Positions 21,148-31,068 of a DNA stretch of 64,000 nt are shown here, piece after piece (position 1 is the stretch's first letter; the number at the start of each line of letters is the position of its first letter). The stretch is from a bacterium (lineage in GTDB: Bacteria > Zhuqueibacterota > Zhuqueibacteria > Oceanimicrobiales > Oceanimicrobiaceae). The notes beneath the pieces were generated by a model. It did no database searches, was not told where the DNA came from, and saw nothing but the letters and a program-made list of their open reading frames with translations. Location: positions 32,001 through 96,000 of the forward strand of contig JBBIIG010000002.1 of assembly GCA_037446635.1 (NCBI GenBank). Direction: 5' to 3'. The translations under genes and the position numbers were made by a program.

Positions 21148-21175
21148 GTAGGGGCGATTCATGAATCGCCCCTAC
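21148..21175. repeat. GTAG-type REP palindrome GTAGGGGCGATTCATGAATCGCCCCTAC
   Basis: Perfect 28-bp palindrome; near-identical copy at 27333-27361. Confidence 0.85.
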
Positions 21176-21713
21176 CAGCCAGCAGCGCCTCGATCTTTTC
21201 GCCGATCAGCGCTGCATAATTTTCGAACGCCGGCGCGTACCCAATATGCCGAAACCGCATTTTGCCGCCGGAGTCAACAATCACAATAGTTGGATAGTTG
21301 GTGATGTTGAGTTTTTGGGATAACGCTGAGTTTTGGTCAAACGCGACTGGAAAAGGGTAATTATGTTTTTTCACAAATTCAAGCGCCTTTTCGAGGGAGT
21401 CGCCGCCCGCGCCGGTGTTCACCGTAAGAAAGACTAATTGGGGATTCCCCTGAAATTCCGCGATAGTTTTCTCGAACTCCGGAAATGATTTTTTACACAC
21501 GCCGCACCAGGTGGTCCAAAAATCCAGCACCAAAATCTTGCCCTGCAACTCCGACGAGCGAATGGCGCTGCCGTCCGAGCTCAGCAATTCAAATGCGGGC
21601 ATTTTCGAGTCTAGATGTTTTGTCACGACGAATTGATAAATCGGGCGGCGCAGCAGCCACAACGCCGAAAAAAGCAACAGCGCTGCAACCGAAATATAGA
21701 TTAGCTTTTTCAT
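21159..21713 (-). CDS. TlpA-family thiol:disulfide oxidoreductase
   Basis: LDFWTTWCGVC; N-terminal anchor; AGGAG RBS before ATG 21713. Confidence 0.9.
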   Translation of the reverse strand: MKKLIYISVAALLLFSALWLLRRPIYQFVVTKHLDSKMPAFELLSSDGSAIRSSELQGKILVLDFWTTWCGVCKKSFPEFEKTIAEFQGNPQLVFLTVNTGAGGDSLEKALEFVKKHNYPFPVAFDQNSALSQKLNITNYPTIVIVDSGGKMRFRHIGYAPAFENYAALIGEKIEALLAGRGDS

Positions 21714-21840
21714 TTTTAACTCTCCTGATAGTAAACTATGCCTCGACTGCCTTCGCATGAAGTAGCGCGAACAGACAGCGCGATGTTTTCACATGACGTC
21801 TGCCGTCTGCCATTTGCCGTTTCACGTTTCATTTCATGTA

Positions 21841-22977
21841 TCAAAACAGCGGCGTGGGAATATCGCCCCAGCGCACGTGCGCCGGCGGCGTGCTGATGTT
21901 GGTCACCACGCCCTGTTGCAGATCCACGTGTGCGAAGACCTGCGGAGTTCGGCCTAGCGTATTCGTTATGATATCGGCGCCTGTTTTGATGTCATCGGAC
22001 CTCAAACGCGTCCGTGTAAAGAGCACTTTGTAGAGATTGCGATCATAATTCTTCGGTTGATGATGACCGCCCACTTTCTGCGAAGCTTCATCTAGAGGCA
22101 GATCGGGCAGGTACCATTCTTCGGGAACGACGTAGTTCAGAAATCTGACTGCCGCGACATTTTTCCACTCGTTTAATTTTTGTTGAACCCGGTCCTCTGT
22201 TAGAGCAATATCGAGAATCGTTTCCAATTTTGCAGGCTCCGTCGCCGCCGTGGCAATGGCCGCGGAGTCATTTGAATAGAGCGCCGATAATTTGGATATC
22301 GAATAATCCCGCAGCGCGAACGCCCCAAGCAGCGCCGCCTCCACGGTTAGAAAGTAAATGGCCGTAAACGCCGATTTTCTTTTCAGCCCTGATTTCGGCA
22401 GCGCTGGAATTTTGATCATGCGCGATACCTGCGCTGGCACAAACATGCCGGTGCGGAATTGATACTCGCGATAGCTATCGCCGAATTTTTGCTCGCACTC
22501 GCGTTCTTCTTTTTTGGCGAGCCAATAATAGACAAACAGCATGCTCACGTAAATGATAAGCACGGTAAAACGCGGCCAGATCAGCAGTAACCCGAAACCC
22601 ATCACCGCAAAAGCGGCGTATTGCGGATGGCGGATGAATTGATAGATGCCGCCGGTGACCGCGCCCTTTTTCGCAAATTTCGAATAATAAATTTGTCCCG
22701 CGCTAATGAGGAAGAGTATCAATCCCGGCACAGCTAAAACCCAGCCCAACGCATGCAGACTGTTCAACAAAGCGGACGATGTTTCCGCGTAGTGCGGAAG
22801 AAAGAATCCGCTCAGCCACGCGGTGGCGGACCAGTTGTGCAGGAAGTTCAGGCTCGGGCCGTAGGTGGAATAATAGTAGAGCGCAAACGGACTGATCATA
22901 TAAACGATCTCGATGCCGATGACGAGATACGCCAGCCACGCGGCGGGCGTCAGAATTTTTTTGAGTCGGTTGGACAT
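21841..22977 (-). CDS. Isoprenylcysteine carboxyl methyltransferase / PEMT-family membrane protein
   Basis: TGGIYQFIRHPQY ... KEERECEQKFGDSYREY. Confidence 0.82.
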   Translation of the reverse strand: MSNRLKKILTPAAWLAYLVIGIEIVYMISPFALYYYSTYGPSLNFLHNWSATAWLSGFFLPHYAETSSALLNSLHALGWVLAVPGLILFLISAGQIYYSKFAKKGAVTGGIYQFIRHPQYAAFAVMGFGLLLIWPRFTVLIIYVSMLFVYYWLAKKEERECEQKFGDSYREYQFRTGMFVPAQVSRMIKIPALPKSGLKRKSAFTAIYFLTVEAALLGAFALRDYSISKLSALYSNDSAAIATAATEPAKLETILDIALTEDRVQQKLNEWKNVAAVRFLNYVVPEEWYLPDLPLDEASQKVGGHHQPKNYDRNLYKVLFTRTRLRSDDIKTGADIITNTLGRTPQVFAHVDLQQGVVTNISTPPAHVRWGDIPTPLF

Positions 22978-23061
22978 GATGCACTCCTTTCGTTTTTGAG
23001 TTTCTTAAACGAGGAGGTTGGCGGAAAGTGTACCGAGCTTATAAGGCTGGAAGAGAAAAAT

Positions 23062-23205
23062 GAAGATGATAAACCGGTTGCGCGTTTGGTTCCTTTTTCA
23101 TCAGTCAGTGAGTCAGCCACATATTGCGGGATTGAACAAAGAAAAAATTTGGATGAGTAATGATTTCGATGCACCAGTATCTGATGAATTCTGGATCAGT
23201 TCAAA
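23062..23205 (+). pseudogene. Remnant of a Phd/YefM-type antitoxin
   Basis: DDKPVARLVP and QPHIAGLNKEKIWMSNDFDAPVSDEFW in different frames; N-terminus missing. Confidence 0.6.
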
Positions 23206-23206
23206 A

Positions 23207-24355
23207 TTAAGTGCCACGCACTTTCGAAGTGCGTGGCACTTTCAAAAATCCCTCCCGAAACTCCGACGGCGTCATCCCGGCGTGGCGCTTGAACGCAGCG
23301 TTGAATGAAGAAACCGAATTGAATCCCACCTCCAGTCCGATGCCCGCCAGATTCAAATTCTGATTGGCCGGATCCGCAATTTGCCGTTTCGCCTCCTCCA
23401 CCCGCTGGCGATTGATGAACTCGAAAAAATTCTGTCCCAATTTCTCGTTGATGATCTGCGACAGGTGGTGCGTCGAGATTTTCAACTCGCTTGCTAAGAC
23501 CGGCAGCGTCAGATCGCTGCGCAGATACGGTTTCTCCTTTGCCATGAAATCGTGCAGCTTTTGCAAGTAAGCCTCAGCCCTTTCCGGCGTCAAAGTGGAT
23601 TTTTCATATTTTTTGGACGCAAGCTTGCCGTCGGCCGCGCCATAGAAAATTTCCGGCTGGCGCAGCCCCATGTACCCCATCCAGTAAATGGCGATGGCCA
23701 CCAGCAGCCAGATGTAGTTGGCGCTTTCGATGGCAGGATAAATGAGCTGTATGAAAAAGGAGGCCAACCAGATGAGAATGATCGCCAGCAGCAAATTCCG
23801 CAGCCAGCTCAAATTGATTTTTTCCAGCGAAGAAAATGACGATTGAATGCGCTCACGATGCCGCCGTAGTAGGCGCGCAATGGCCGCGATGTATCCCAAA
23901 AGCTGCGCGAGGATCAGCCAGTAAATGGCGACGCACTGCCAGCATTGCTTTTCATGATCGGAAAGAAAATGCTGGATCTTCACTTCCGCGGGTTGGAGAT
24001 AATGAGGGAGGAGCAGCGCCAGGCTCAACAAGGCCGGCGCAAAATGCAGAGCCGTTTTGCGAGTGAATTCCAATGGATGGCCGGTCATCGCGCGCACGTA
24101 AAAATAAAACAGCGGCGCCAGAAGAAAGGTCAGCGGCGGCTCCAATTTCGTTAGATGAGGAAAATAGATGATGTGCCCGGTATAGGCCAGGGTATGCAGC
24201 GTCATGTTGGCGGCGAAAATGATCAGGATGGCCGCCATGATGCGATTGGCGGCGCGATTGCCGCGGCGAAGGTTCAACAGGGTGATCGCCAGCAGCAGGC
24301 CGTGGCCAGCGCCGACTAATAGCAGAATTGAAATCCAGTCGAATACAGGGTTCAT
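23207..24355 (-). CDS. AraC-family regulator with N-terminal multi-TM sensor domain
   Basis: About 6-7 TM helices; KPYLRSDLTL...HHLSQIINEKLGQNFFEFIN...VGFNSVSSFNAAFK. Confidence 0.92.
   Translation of the reverse strand: MNPVFDWISILLLVGAGHGLLLAITLLNLRRGNRAANRIMAAILIIFAANMTLHTLAYTGHIIYFPHLTKLEPPLTFLLAPLFYFYVRAMTGHPLEFTRKTALHFAPALLSLALLLPHYLQPAEVKIQHFLSDHEKQCWQCVAIYWLILAQLLGYIAAIARLLRRHRERIQSSFSSLEKINLSWLRNLLLAIILIWLASFFIQLIYPAIESANYIWLLVAIAIYWMGYMGLRQPEIFYGAADGKLASKKYEKSTLTPERAEAYLQKLHDFMAKEKPYLRSDLTLPVLASELKISTHHLSQIINEKLGQNFFEFINRQRVEEAKRQIADPANQNLNLAGIGLEVGFNSVSSFNAAFKRHAGMTPSEFREGFLKVPRTSKVRGT
23209..23241. repeat. REP-like palindrome AAGTGCC..GCACTT-N3-AAGTGC..GGCACTT
   Basis: 15-bp arms; related copies at 24410-24442 and 53309-53341. 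Confidence 0.8.
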
Positions 24356-24409
24356 CGGTTCAAAATTTGTCAGTAGTTATTGGTCAATAGTCCGCGGCAA
24401 TGGCAACTG

Positions 24410-24442
24410 AAGTGCCTGGCACTTTTAAAGTGCCAGGCACTT
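24410..24442. repeat. REP-like palindrome (same family as 23209)
   Basis: aagtgcctggcactt-tta-aagtgccaggcactt. Confidence 0.8.
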
Positions 24443-24508
24443 ACTGACTATTGCATGACTGATTTGAATTAACTATTTTTAAATAAAACTTTCAAACGGA
24501 TTCTGATT

Positions 24509-25366
24509 ATGCCCATTTATGCGCAATACTATTTCTGGCTCACGGGGATTTCCCTGTTTTGTTTTCTACTGGAGCGCCTCGCGCCGTGGCGGCGCGAGCA
24601 GAAAGCCTTTCGCAAAGAGTTTTGGCAGGATGTGTTCTGGCTGGTATTTAACGGGCACTACCTCGGACTGATCCTCGCCATTTTCACGGGCTATACGGTC
24701 AAGCTCTTTAATTCGTTTCTTTTTAAGCTCGGTCTGCCCGTCCCCGAATCGCTGGAGCTGCTGGCGGGCGCGCCGCTGTGGGTGCAGTTTATCGTGTTTT
24801 TGATCTTGAAAGATTTTATCGAGTGGAACATTCATCGGCTGCTGCACAACGTGCCGTGGCTGTGGGAGTTTCATAAGCTGCATCACAGCATCGAGCAGTT
24901 GGACTGGATCGGCAACTTCCGATTTCACTGGGGCGAGATCGTGGTGTACAAAACGCTGTCGTATTTGCCGCTGGTGATCCTCGGTATTGATGAGCGCATC
25001 ATCCTCATTATCGGCATCATCTGGACTTTGATGTTGGATATCAACCACGCCAACCTTGCCATCGATTGGGGGCCGCTGCGCTACATTTTGAATTCTCCCA
25101 AAATGCACGTCTGGCACCACGACGTGGAAGTTTATGGAAAGGGCGGCCAGAATTTTGGTCAGGTGCTGAGCATCTGGGATTGGATTTTCGGCACCGTTTA
25201 CTGGCCAAAGGATCAGGAGATGCCGCAAAGGTTCGGTTTCAAAAATATGGAGACCTATCCGCGGGGAGTTTTGGGAAGGTTTGTGTATCCATTTTGGAGA
25301 AGGCGGCTTTTCGGGAGGGGTGCTCGACTGCAGGAGACCGCTTCGGCAGAGGACGCCTCGCGGTGA
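24509..25366 (+). CDS. Sterol desaturase / fatty acid hydroxylase family protein
   Basis: His boxes HRLLH, HKLHH, HVWHH. Confidence 0.9.
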   Translation: MPIYAQYYFWLTGISLFCFLLERLAPWRREQKAFRKEFWQDVFWLVFNGHYLGLILAIFTGYTVKLFNSFLFKLGLPVPESLELLAGAPLWVQFIVFLILKDFIEWNIHRLLHNVPWLWEFHKLHHSIEQLDWIGNFRFHWGEIVVYKTLSYLPLVILGIDERIILIIGIIWTLMLDINHANLAIDWGPLRYILNSPKMHVWHHDVEVYGKGGQNFGQVLSIWDWIFGTVYWPKDQEMPQRFGFKNMETYPRGVLGRFVYPFWRRRLFGRGARLQETASAEDASR

Positions 25367-25387
25367 CGGGACGGGGTATTGTCATTG

Positions 25388-25468
25388 CCTGCCCGTTCGC
25401 TTGGCGGATCCGCTTCGCGGACGCAGGCAGGCGAGACTCGCGCTTTTCAGCCTGCCGGCGCAGGCAGG
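25388..25468. repeat. Nested CCTGCC..GGCAGG and TCCGC..GCGGA micro-palindromes
   Basis: cctgcccg[ttcgcttggcggatccgcttcgcgga]cgcaggcagg, then cctgccggcgcaggcagg at 25451-25468. Confidence 0.7.
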
Positions 25469-26067
25469 CGAGTCGAAGTAATCTCATCGGTGTCTTTTGG
25501 AAATTCCACGCGGCTGTAAATCGTCGGCAGAGGAATCGTGAGATCGACGGCGGCCAATTCCAATTCGTCATTGATATCGTTGTATTCGGTTAACACCCAT
25601 TTGCCAGCTTCGTTGATGGCAAACTGTTCAACATGAATTTTGTGCTGATCGACGAGCACGTATTCTTTCAGTGTGGGAATGGCGCGATAAAATTCAAACT
25701 TCTCACCGCGATCGTAATTTTTTGTTGATTCGGAGAGGACTTCAAAAATAACTATTGGGTTGGTGATGGTGTCGTTGCGATTATCGTAAAATTGCGGTTT
25801 GCCGCAAATGATCATAACATCTGGATACGTAAACAAATCCTTGGATTCCACCTGCAGCCGCATATCGCTTATAAACGCTTCACAGTTTTTTTTGCCAAGT
25901 TGTTCATTTAAAAACGTGTAGAGATTTCCAGCGATCCGATTGTGATCAAGCGACGCCCCGGCCATGGCGAAAATCTCGCCGCGATAGTATTCGCTTTTGT
26001 ATTCCGCGGTTTCTTCGAGAGCGAGATACTCTTCGCGTGTGAAGCATTGTTTTGCGGGTTTTTGCAT
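25447..26067 (-). CDS. Uma2-family endonuclease (copy 2)
   Basis: Close paralogue of 18950-19528; start MQKPAKQ. Confidence 0.92.
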   Translation of the reverse strand: MQKPAKQCFTREEYLALEETAEYKSEYYRGEIFAMAGASLDHNRIAGNLYTFLNEQLGKKNCEAFISDMRLQVESKDLFTYPDVMIICGKPQFYDNRNDTITNPIVIFEVLSESTKNYDRGEKFEFYRAIPTLKEYVLVDQHKIHVEQFAINEAGKWVLTEYNDINDELELAAVDLTIPLPTIYSRVEFPKDTDEITSTRLPAPAG

Positions 26068-26224
26068 GACAGTACCCTTAAAATTTCTGGTTGACATTTA
26101 CTAATTTTATTCATCAAAGTCAATATCGCACGCTCTTCGTTTTACGCTTTGCACTATGCTCTCCACGCTCTGCGTCACAGCAAATTTCGTTGCTTTTGTC
26201 TCTCCAATTTCTATATTGAGTGGC

Positions 26225-26515
26225 ATGGATGACAAACAACTTTTTGAACAGACGCTGAGTGCCAAACTCAAAGAGTGGCAGGAAAAATTCGCAGAGCTGG
26301 AATCGCAAGCCGAAAAAGTATCGGATCAAAATCAGATTGAGTTCTACCGCCAATTAGATTTGCTCGACGCCAAGATCGATCTGGTGCAGCAGCGGCTGGC
26401 GCAGTTGCAGTCCGCCAAGAAGGGTCCGGCGATCGATGCCATCAAAGCCAACATCGACGGCATCGGCACCGAGATCGAAAATGCCATCGACAGCGCCTGG
26501 GCAAAACTTACTTGA
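26225..26515 (+). CDS. Small coiled-coil hypothetical protein
   Basis: MDDKQLFEQTLSAKLKEWQEKFAELE; amphipathic helices. Confidence 0.65.
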   Translation: MDDKQLFEQTLSAKLKEWQEKFAELESQAEKVSDQNQIEFYRQLDLLDAKIDLVQQRLAQLQSAKKGPAIDAIKANIDGIGTEIENAIDSAWAKLT

Positions 26516-26622
26516 CCATGATGGATTGATGGATTATTGGATTAATGACCCATTAATCCTGTTCTCCAATACTCCAAGCTCCTTTACTCCAACTCACAAT
26601 CCACATTTCTTGCTGCCTATAA

Positions 26623-27294
26623 ATGATTCGAGAGCTTATTCATTTTTTGGTACACACCCCAGCAACGCTTGCCCTTTCCCGCCGGCTTCCCCATCCTCAA
26701 CTTTATGATACGCTGATGCTGCGCGCCGACGAGCGCGGTATGTCTTCGTGGCGCGCGACGCTGGTGGAAAATCTACACGGCGACGTGCTGGAAATCGGCT
26801 GCGGCACCGGTTTGATGTTCCCCTACTATCCGAACGAAATTTGCCTTGCCGCGGTGGAGTTGATTCCTGATTTTCTCGAATTGGCGAAATCTCGGGCGAG
26901 AAAAAGCGACGCGCGCATTTCACTTTTTCACGGCGACGGCGCGCAGCTTCCTTTCTCTGAACGACGGTTTGACTTTGTGATTTTCGGGTTGGTGCTGTGC
27001 AGCGTTCGTTCGGTTGCGGAAGTTTTGCAGGAAACTCGACGGGTGCTAAAGCCGGACGGAGAGATTCGGCTCATCGAGCACGTGCGCAGCGCGCAGCCCT
27101 TTCACGGCGCAGTGATGGATGCGCTCAATCCGGTGTGGAAATTTTTGAATCAGCAAAACTGCCACATGAACCGCCGCACCGAATCGCTGCTGGAAGAGAA
27201 CAGCTTTCGAGTTACGGAGAGCCGACCGTTCAAAATTTTTAGTCCCGGCATTCCGGCGTTTCCAATGCGGTGGCTGCGCGCGATGGCCAAGTGA
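26623..27294 (+). CDS. Class I SAM-dependent methyltransferase
   Basis: VLEIGCGTG, LVLCSV, RVLKPDG, EHVRS. Confidence 0.88.
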   Translation: MIRELIHFLVHTPATLALSRRLPHPQLYDTLMLRADERGMSSWRATLVENLHGDVLEIGCGTGLMFPYYPNEICLAAVELIPDFLELAKSRARKSDARISLFHGDGAQLPFSERRFDFVIFGLVLCSVRSVAEVLQETRRVLKPDGEIRLIEHVRSAQPFHGAVMDALNPVWKFLNQQNCHMNRRTESLLEENSFRVTESRPFKIFSPGIPAFPMRWLRAMAK

Positions 27295-27326
27295 CACCGA
27301 TTCAGCGCTTCGTTCATTGCAAATAA

Positions 27327-27367
27327 AACCCCGTAGGGGCGATTCATGAAATCGCCCTTACGGGGTT
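27327..27367. repeat. GTAG-type REP palindrome between convergent genes
   Basis: aaccccgtaggggcgattcatgaaatcgcccttacggggtt. Confidence 0.8.
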
Positions 27368-27389
27368 GACCAAAAGACAACTTGTGAAA

Positions 27390-30300
27390 TCAATTAGCGG
27401 TTGGCTCGATGGCTTGCGCCGCCTCCGTTTTGGGCCTGGCAATATACAGCGCCGTCAGCTTCTTGAAATACTCGCGCATGTCATCGAAGATGGTGTAGGC
27501 CCAGGGCACGGCAATCAGCGAGAGCATGGTGGAAGTGAGCAAGCCGCCGATGATAGTGCGTCCCATGGGCGCGTAGGGGATGCCGATCATCGCGGCGTTG
27601 CCGACGGCCATGGGCAGCAGGCCGCAAATCGTGGTGAACGCCGTCATTAAGATCGGGCGGAAGCGATGTTTGCCGGCTTCGATGATGGCGTCGTGGCGGC
27701 TCAGGCCTTCTTTGCGCAGGCGGTTGATCAAGTCGATGAGCACGATGGCGTTGTTGACTACAATGCCCACTAAAATCACAAAACCGATTTGGCTCATGAG
27801 ATCGATGGGCGTGCCGGTGAGGTACATGATCCAAAACGCCCCAAAGAACGACAACGGAATCGACAGGATGACCGAGAGCGGCAGCACAAACGACTCGAAC
27901 AGAAATCCCATAATCAAAAACACAAAGGTGATGGAGAGAATCATGGCGAATTTCACGCTCTCGTTGCTTTCCTGCATGCGGCGGAAATTTTGCCCCAGGC
28001 TCCAGGTGTAGCCATACGGCATCTGAAAGCCCTGCATCACCGCATTGACTTTGCGGAATAAGCCGGCGCGGTCGTCCGTGGTGGAATTGCCTTTCACCAT
28101 CAGAAAGGTTTTGCCGTTCTCGCGGCGGATTTCGCCAACCCCTTTTTGAATCGAAAAGCTCGCCACCGCGTCCAGCGGGATTTCTTTGCCAGAGGCGGTG
28201 AAGAAAGTGAGATTTTTTAACTGCGAGAGATTCTGGCGGTCTTCCTCACGCAGTTGAATGCTGACGTCGATCTCTTTTTCCTCGGTGTGATATTTCGGCA
28301 GCGGGAAGCCGCGCAGCGCGTACTGCACGGTGCCGGAGATGGCGGTGGGCGAGATGCCGTACTTTTTGGCCTGCTCGCGCTTGATGTACAAATGAATTTC
28401 ATCTGCGCCCTTTTCGCGGTCGTTTTCAATGCTGACGATTTCATCGATGGTGCGCAGCCGGCGTTCCACTTCTTTGGAAAGGGTCATGAGAGTGTTGGTG
28501 TCGTCGCCGTAGAGCACGATGGCCACCGAGGCGTCATCGCCGCCTTCCTGGCGCCAGGTGGTGCGCATCTCCACGCCGGGAAATTTCGGCACCCGTTTCT
28601 TCACATCTTCAATCACCGCCTCGCGGGCCAGCACCCCTTCCGGCATCAAACCGATTTTCTTGGCGATGTTTTCGTAGGCGATTTCGTACCAATCTTTTTT
28701 GGGCGTCGGCTGCAGGAACACCTGCAGGTTGCCCCAGTTGGCGCTGTGGCGCGCGAGGATGGTGCGCACACCGTACTTTTCGCTTTTGACGCGAATGGTG
28801 TCGGCGGCGATTTTGAGGAGACGCTCGGCGTCCTCCATGGTGTAGTTATCCGGCATGTCGAAGATGAGGCGAAAATCGTTGATGTTGCCGTGGGTGTCTT
28901 TTTTGTATTTGGCGTGCGAAGCGGCAAACTGGATGGAGGCCATTGCGAACACTAAAATCACAAACATCTCCATGCGGTGGCTGATGGACCAGCCGAGGAG
29001 GCGCTGATAAAAATTATTGCTGCGGATGATGACGGCTGGCTCCTGCACTTTCTTTTTGGAGACGATCTTGGTGGCGGCCAGCGGAATAAAGATCATCGCC
29101 ACCAACAGCGACGCCAGCAGCGAGATGATCACCGGCAGCCCGATGCGCATCATGTAAAAGCGAAACCCGATGTCGTCGTTCATCAAAATCATGGGCAGAA
29201 AGACGACGACGGTGGTGAGGGTGGCGAGGGTCACCGCCATAGAAACTTCGCTGGTGCCGCGCAGCGCCGCTTCCTGTTCGGTCAGTCCTTCGGCGCGTTT
29301 GCGGTAAATGTTTTCCAGCACCACGATGGAGTTGTCCACCACCATGCCCACGGAGATCATCAACCCCATCATGGTGATGACGTTCAACGTCCAGCCCATG
29401 AAATAGAGCACGGTGAGGGTGACCAGCAGCGACAGCGGAATGGCGAGGTTCACAATTAACGTCATTCGCAGCCGCCGCAGGAAGAAGTACAGCACCACAA
29501 ACGCAAACATGCCGCCCCAGAGCGCGCTGCGCTGTAAATTCTCAACCGATTCCTCAATGTACTGGCCCTGGTTGAACAGCATCTCCATTTTGAAGCCGCT
29601 CAACTTGGGGTCGTGTTGGAAGCTTTCCTCGAACGCGCGGGTGACCTGTTGGCATAATTCCACGGTGTTGGCTACCGATTCTTTGAAGACGCCGATGGTG
29701 ATCGCTTTTTTATCGTCGATGCGCATGCGCCAGCGCCGTTCGGGCACGTCGTATTTGATATCGGCGATGTCCTTCAAGCGCAAGTTGCTGCCGCGCACGG
29801 GAAGATTTTTGATGTCGTCGATGTCTTCGAACTTGCCGAGGGAGCGCACAAAAATTTTGCGGTCGCCCTCCATCACGAAGCCGCTGGAGATGGCGAAGTT
29901 GTCGCGGCGCAATTGCTGGATGACTTCGTAGAGGTTGACTTTGTAGCTCTTCACTTTGTCCTGATTGATGTGCACCAGTACCGACTTTTCCTCGGCGCCC
30001 CAGATTTCCACTTTGGCCACGCCGTCGATGCGCTCCAGCGGTTTTTGAATGTGCTGCTCCACCAACAGGTAGGGATCGTCGTGGGGCTCGCTTTCGATGA
30101 GGGCGATCCACATGATGGGATCGTCGTCGTCGCTCCATTTGCGCAGGTAGAGCCGCTCGATGTCTTCCGGCAGCTCGGCTTTGGCGCGGTCCATGCGGTC
30201 GCGGAGCTGGGCGTAGGCTAAATTCATATCCGTGCCCTGCGCAAATTCGATGAACGTCCAGCAGCCGTTGGTGCTGCTGTTGGTCTGGATGCGCCGCACG

Positions 30301-30548
30301 CCGCTGATGGTTTGAATTTGCTCCTCGATGGGCTTGGCGATTTGCTCTTCCACTTCCTGAGGATTGGCGTTGGGATACGGCGTCCACACTCCTAAAAACG
30401 GCGGCTCGAAACCCGCGGGCAGCAATTCCACCGCAATCTGTTTGAAGGCAATGAATCCCACCACCAAAAGCGCGGTCAAACACATCACCACGGTCACCGG
30501 GCGGTGGATCGAGAAACGGGCGAGGAGGCTGGTTTTTTCGTTCGGCAT
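27390..30548 (-). CDS. RND efflux transporter permease subunit (AcrB/MdtC-like)
   Basis: RPVTVVM, VDNSIVVLENI, GIVVNNAIVL, RFRPILMT. Confidence 0.95.
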   Translation of the reverse strand: MPNEKTSLLARFSIHRPVTVVMCLTALLVVGFIAFKQIAVELLPAGFEPPFLGVWTPYPNANPQEVEEQIAKPIEEQIQTISGVRRIQTNSSTNGCWTFIEFAQGTDMNLAYAQLRDRMDRAKAELPEDIERLYLRKWSDDDDPIMWIALIESEPHDDPYLLVEQHIQKPLERIDGVAKVEIWGAEEKSVLVHINQDKVKSYKVNLYEVIQQLRRDNFAISSGFVMEGDRKIFVRSLGKFEDIDDIKNLPVRGSNLRLKDIADIKYDVPERRWRMRIDDKKAITIGVFKESVANTVELCQQVTRAFEESFQHDPKLSGFKMEMLFNQGQYIEESVENLQRSALWGGMFAFVVLYFFLRRLRMTLIVNLAIPLSLLVTLTVLYFMGWTLNVITMMGLMISVGMVVDNSIVVLENIYRKRAEGLTEQEAALRGTSEVSMAVTLATLTTVVVFLPMILMNDDIGFRFYMMRIGLPVIISLLASLLVAMIFIPLAATKIVSKKKVQEPAVIIRSNNFYQRLLGWSISHRMEMFVILVFAMASIQFAASHAKYKKDTHGNINDFRLIFDMPDNYTMEDAERLLKIAADTIRVKSEKYGVRTILARHSANWGNLQVFLQPTPKKDWYEIAYENIAKKIGLMPEGVLAREAVIEDVKKRVPKFPGVEMRTTWRQEGGDDASVAIVLYGDDTNTLMTLSKEVERRLRTIDEIVSIENDREKGADEIHLYIKREQAKKYGISPTAISGTVQYALRGFPLPKYHTEEKEIDVSIQLREEDRQNLSQLKNLTFFTASGKEIPLDAVASFSIQKGVGEIRRENGKTFLMVKGNSTTDDRAGLFRKVNAVMQGFQMPYGYTWSLGQNFRRMQESNESVKFAMILSITFVFLIMGFLFESFVLPLSVILSIPLSFFGAFWIMYLTGTPIDLMSQIGFVILVGIVVNNAIVLIDLINRLRKEGLSRHDAIIEAGKHRFRPILMTAFTTICGLLPMAVGNAAMIGIPYAPMGRTIIGGLLTSTMLSLIAVPWAYTIFDDMREYFKKLTALYIARPKTEAAQAIEPTAN

Positions 30549-30567
30549 GTTTTTATTCCCTGATTAC

Positions 30568-30602
30568 GACGTGAAACGTGAGATGTGAGACGTGAGACGT
30601 AA
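30568..30602. repeat. Heptamer tandem repeat (GTGAGAC)n
   Basis: gtgaaac gtgagat gtgagac gtgagac; reverse complement of the array at 31003-31068. Confidence 0.85.
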
Positions 30603-30613
30603 AAAGATAAACA

Positions 30614-30976
30614 TCATTTTGTTCGCTTGATTAAGTTACTGATCATTGCAAAAAGATGATTCATAATGTCGCCTAATGGTTTGAGCGATTCTTCTGTGAA
30701 GTAGCTCAATTTCAAAGCGACTTCCAATTGTGTGTCTATTTCAACCAGAGACGATCGCGAGATTTCAAAAAAACGATTTCTCTCAACTGGCGACACGCGG
30801 GACGCGCCTTCGGCTATATTTGAAACAACAGAAACGGCGGCACGCCGCAGTTGGTTAGTCAGGCCATATATTTCGGATTTCGGGAAGTTTTCGGTAACGC
30901 GATAAATGTTTAGAACAAATTCAATCGCCAATTTCCACACATCCAATTTCTTATGTTTTAGACTCAGCATCTCCAT
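30614..30976 (-). CDS. Four-helix-bundle protein (23S rRNA IVP / Avd-like family)
   Basis: LDVWK...FPKSEIYGLTNQLRRAAVSVVSNIAEG; GGAGG RBS. Confidence 0.92.
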   Translation of the reverse strand: MEMLSLKHKKLDVWKLAIEFVLNIYRVTENFPKSEIYGLTNQLRRAAVSVVSNIAEGASRVSPVERNRFFEISRSSLVEIDTQLEVALKLSYFTEESLKPLGDIMNHLFAMISNLIKRTK

Positions 30977-31002
30977 ACCTCCTTTGGTTTTGTTTTCTTC
31001 AC

Positions 31003-31068
31003 CTCTTACGTCTCACCTCTCACCTCTCACGCCTCACCTCTCACCTCTCACGCCTCACCTCTCACGCC
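31003..31068. repeat. Heptamer tandem repeat (CTCTCAC/GCCTCAC/GTCTCAC)x9
   Basis: Nine consecutive 7-mers, overlapping the RND stop codon. Confidence 0.9.

Noticed and set aside
30614..30976. Diversity-generating retroelement (Avd-like gene)
   Set aside because: No reverse transcriptase and no template/variable repeat pair differing at adenines was seen in the window
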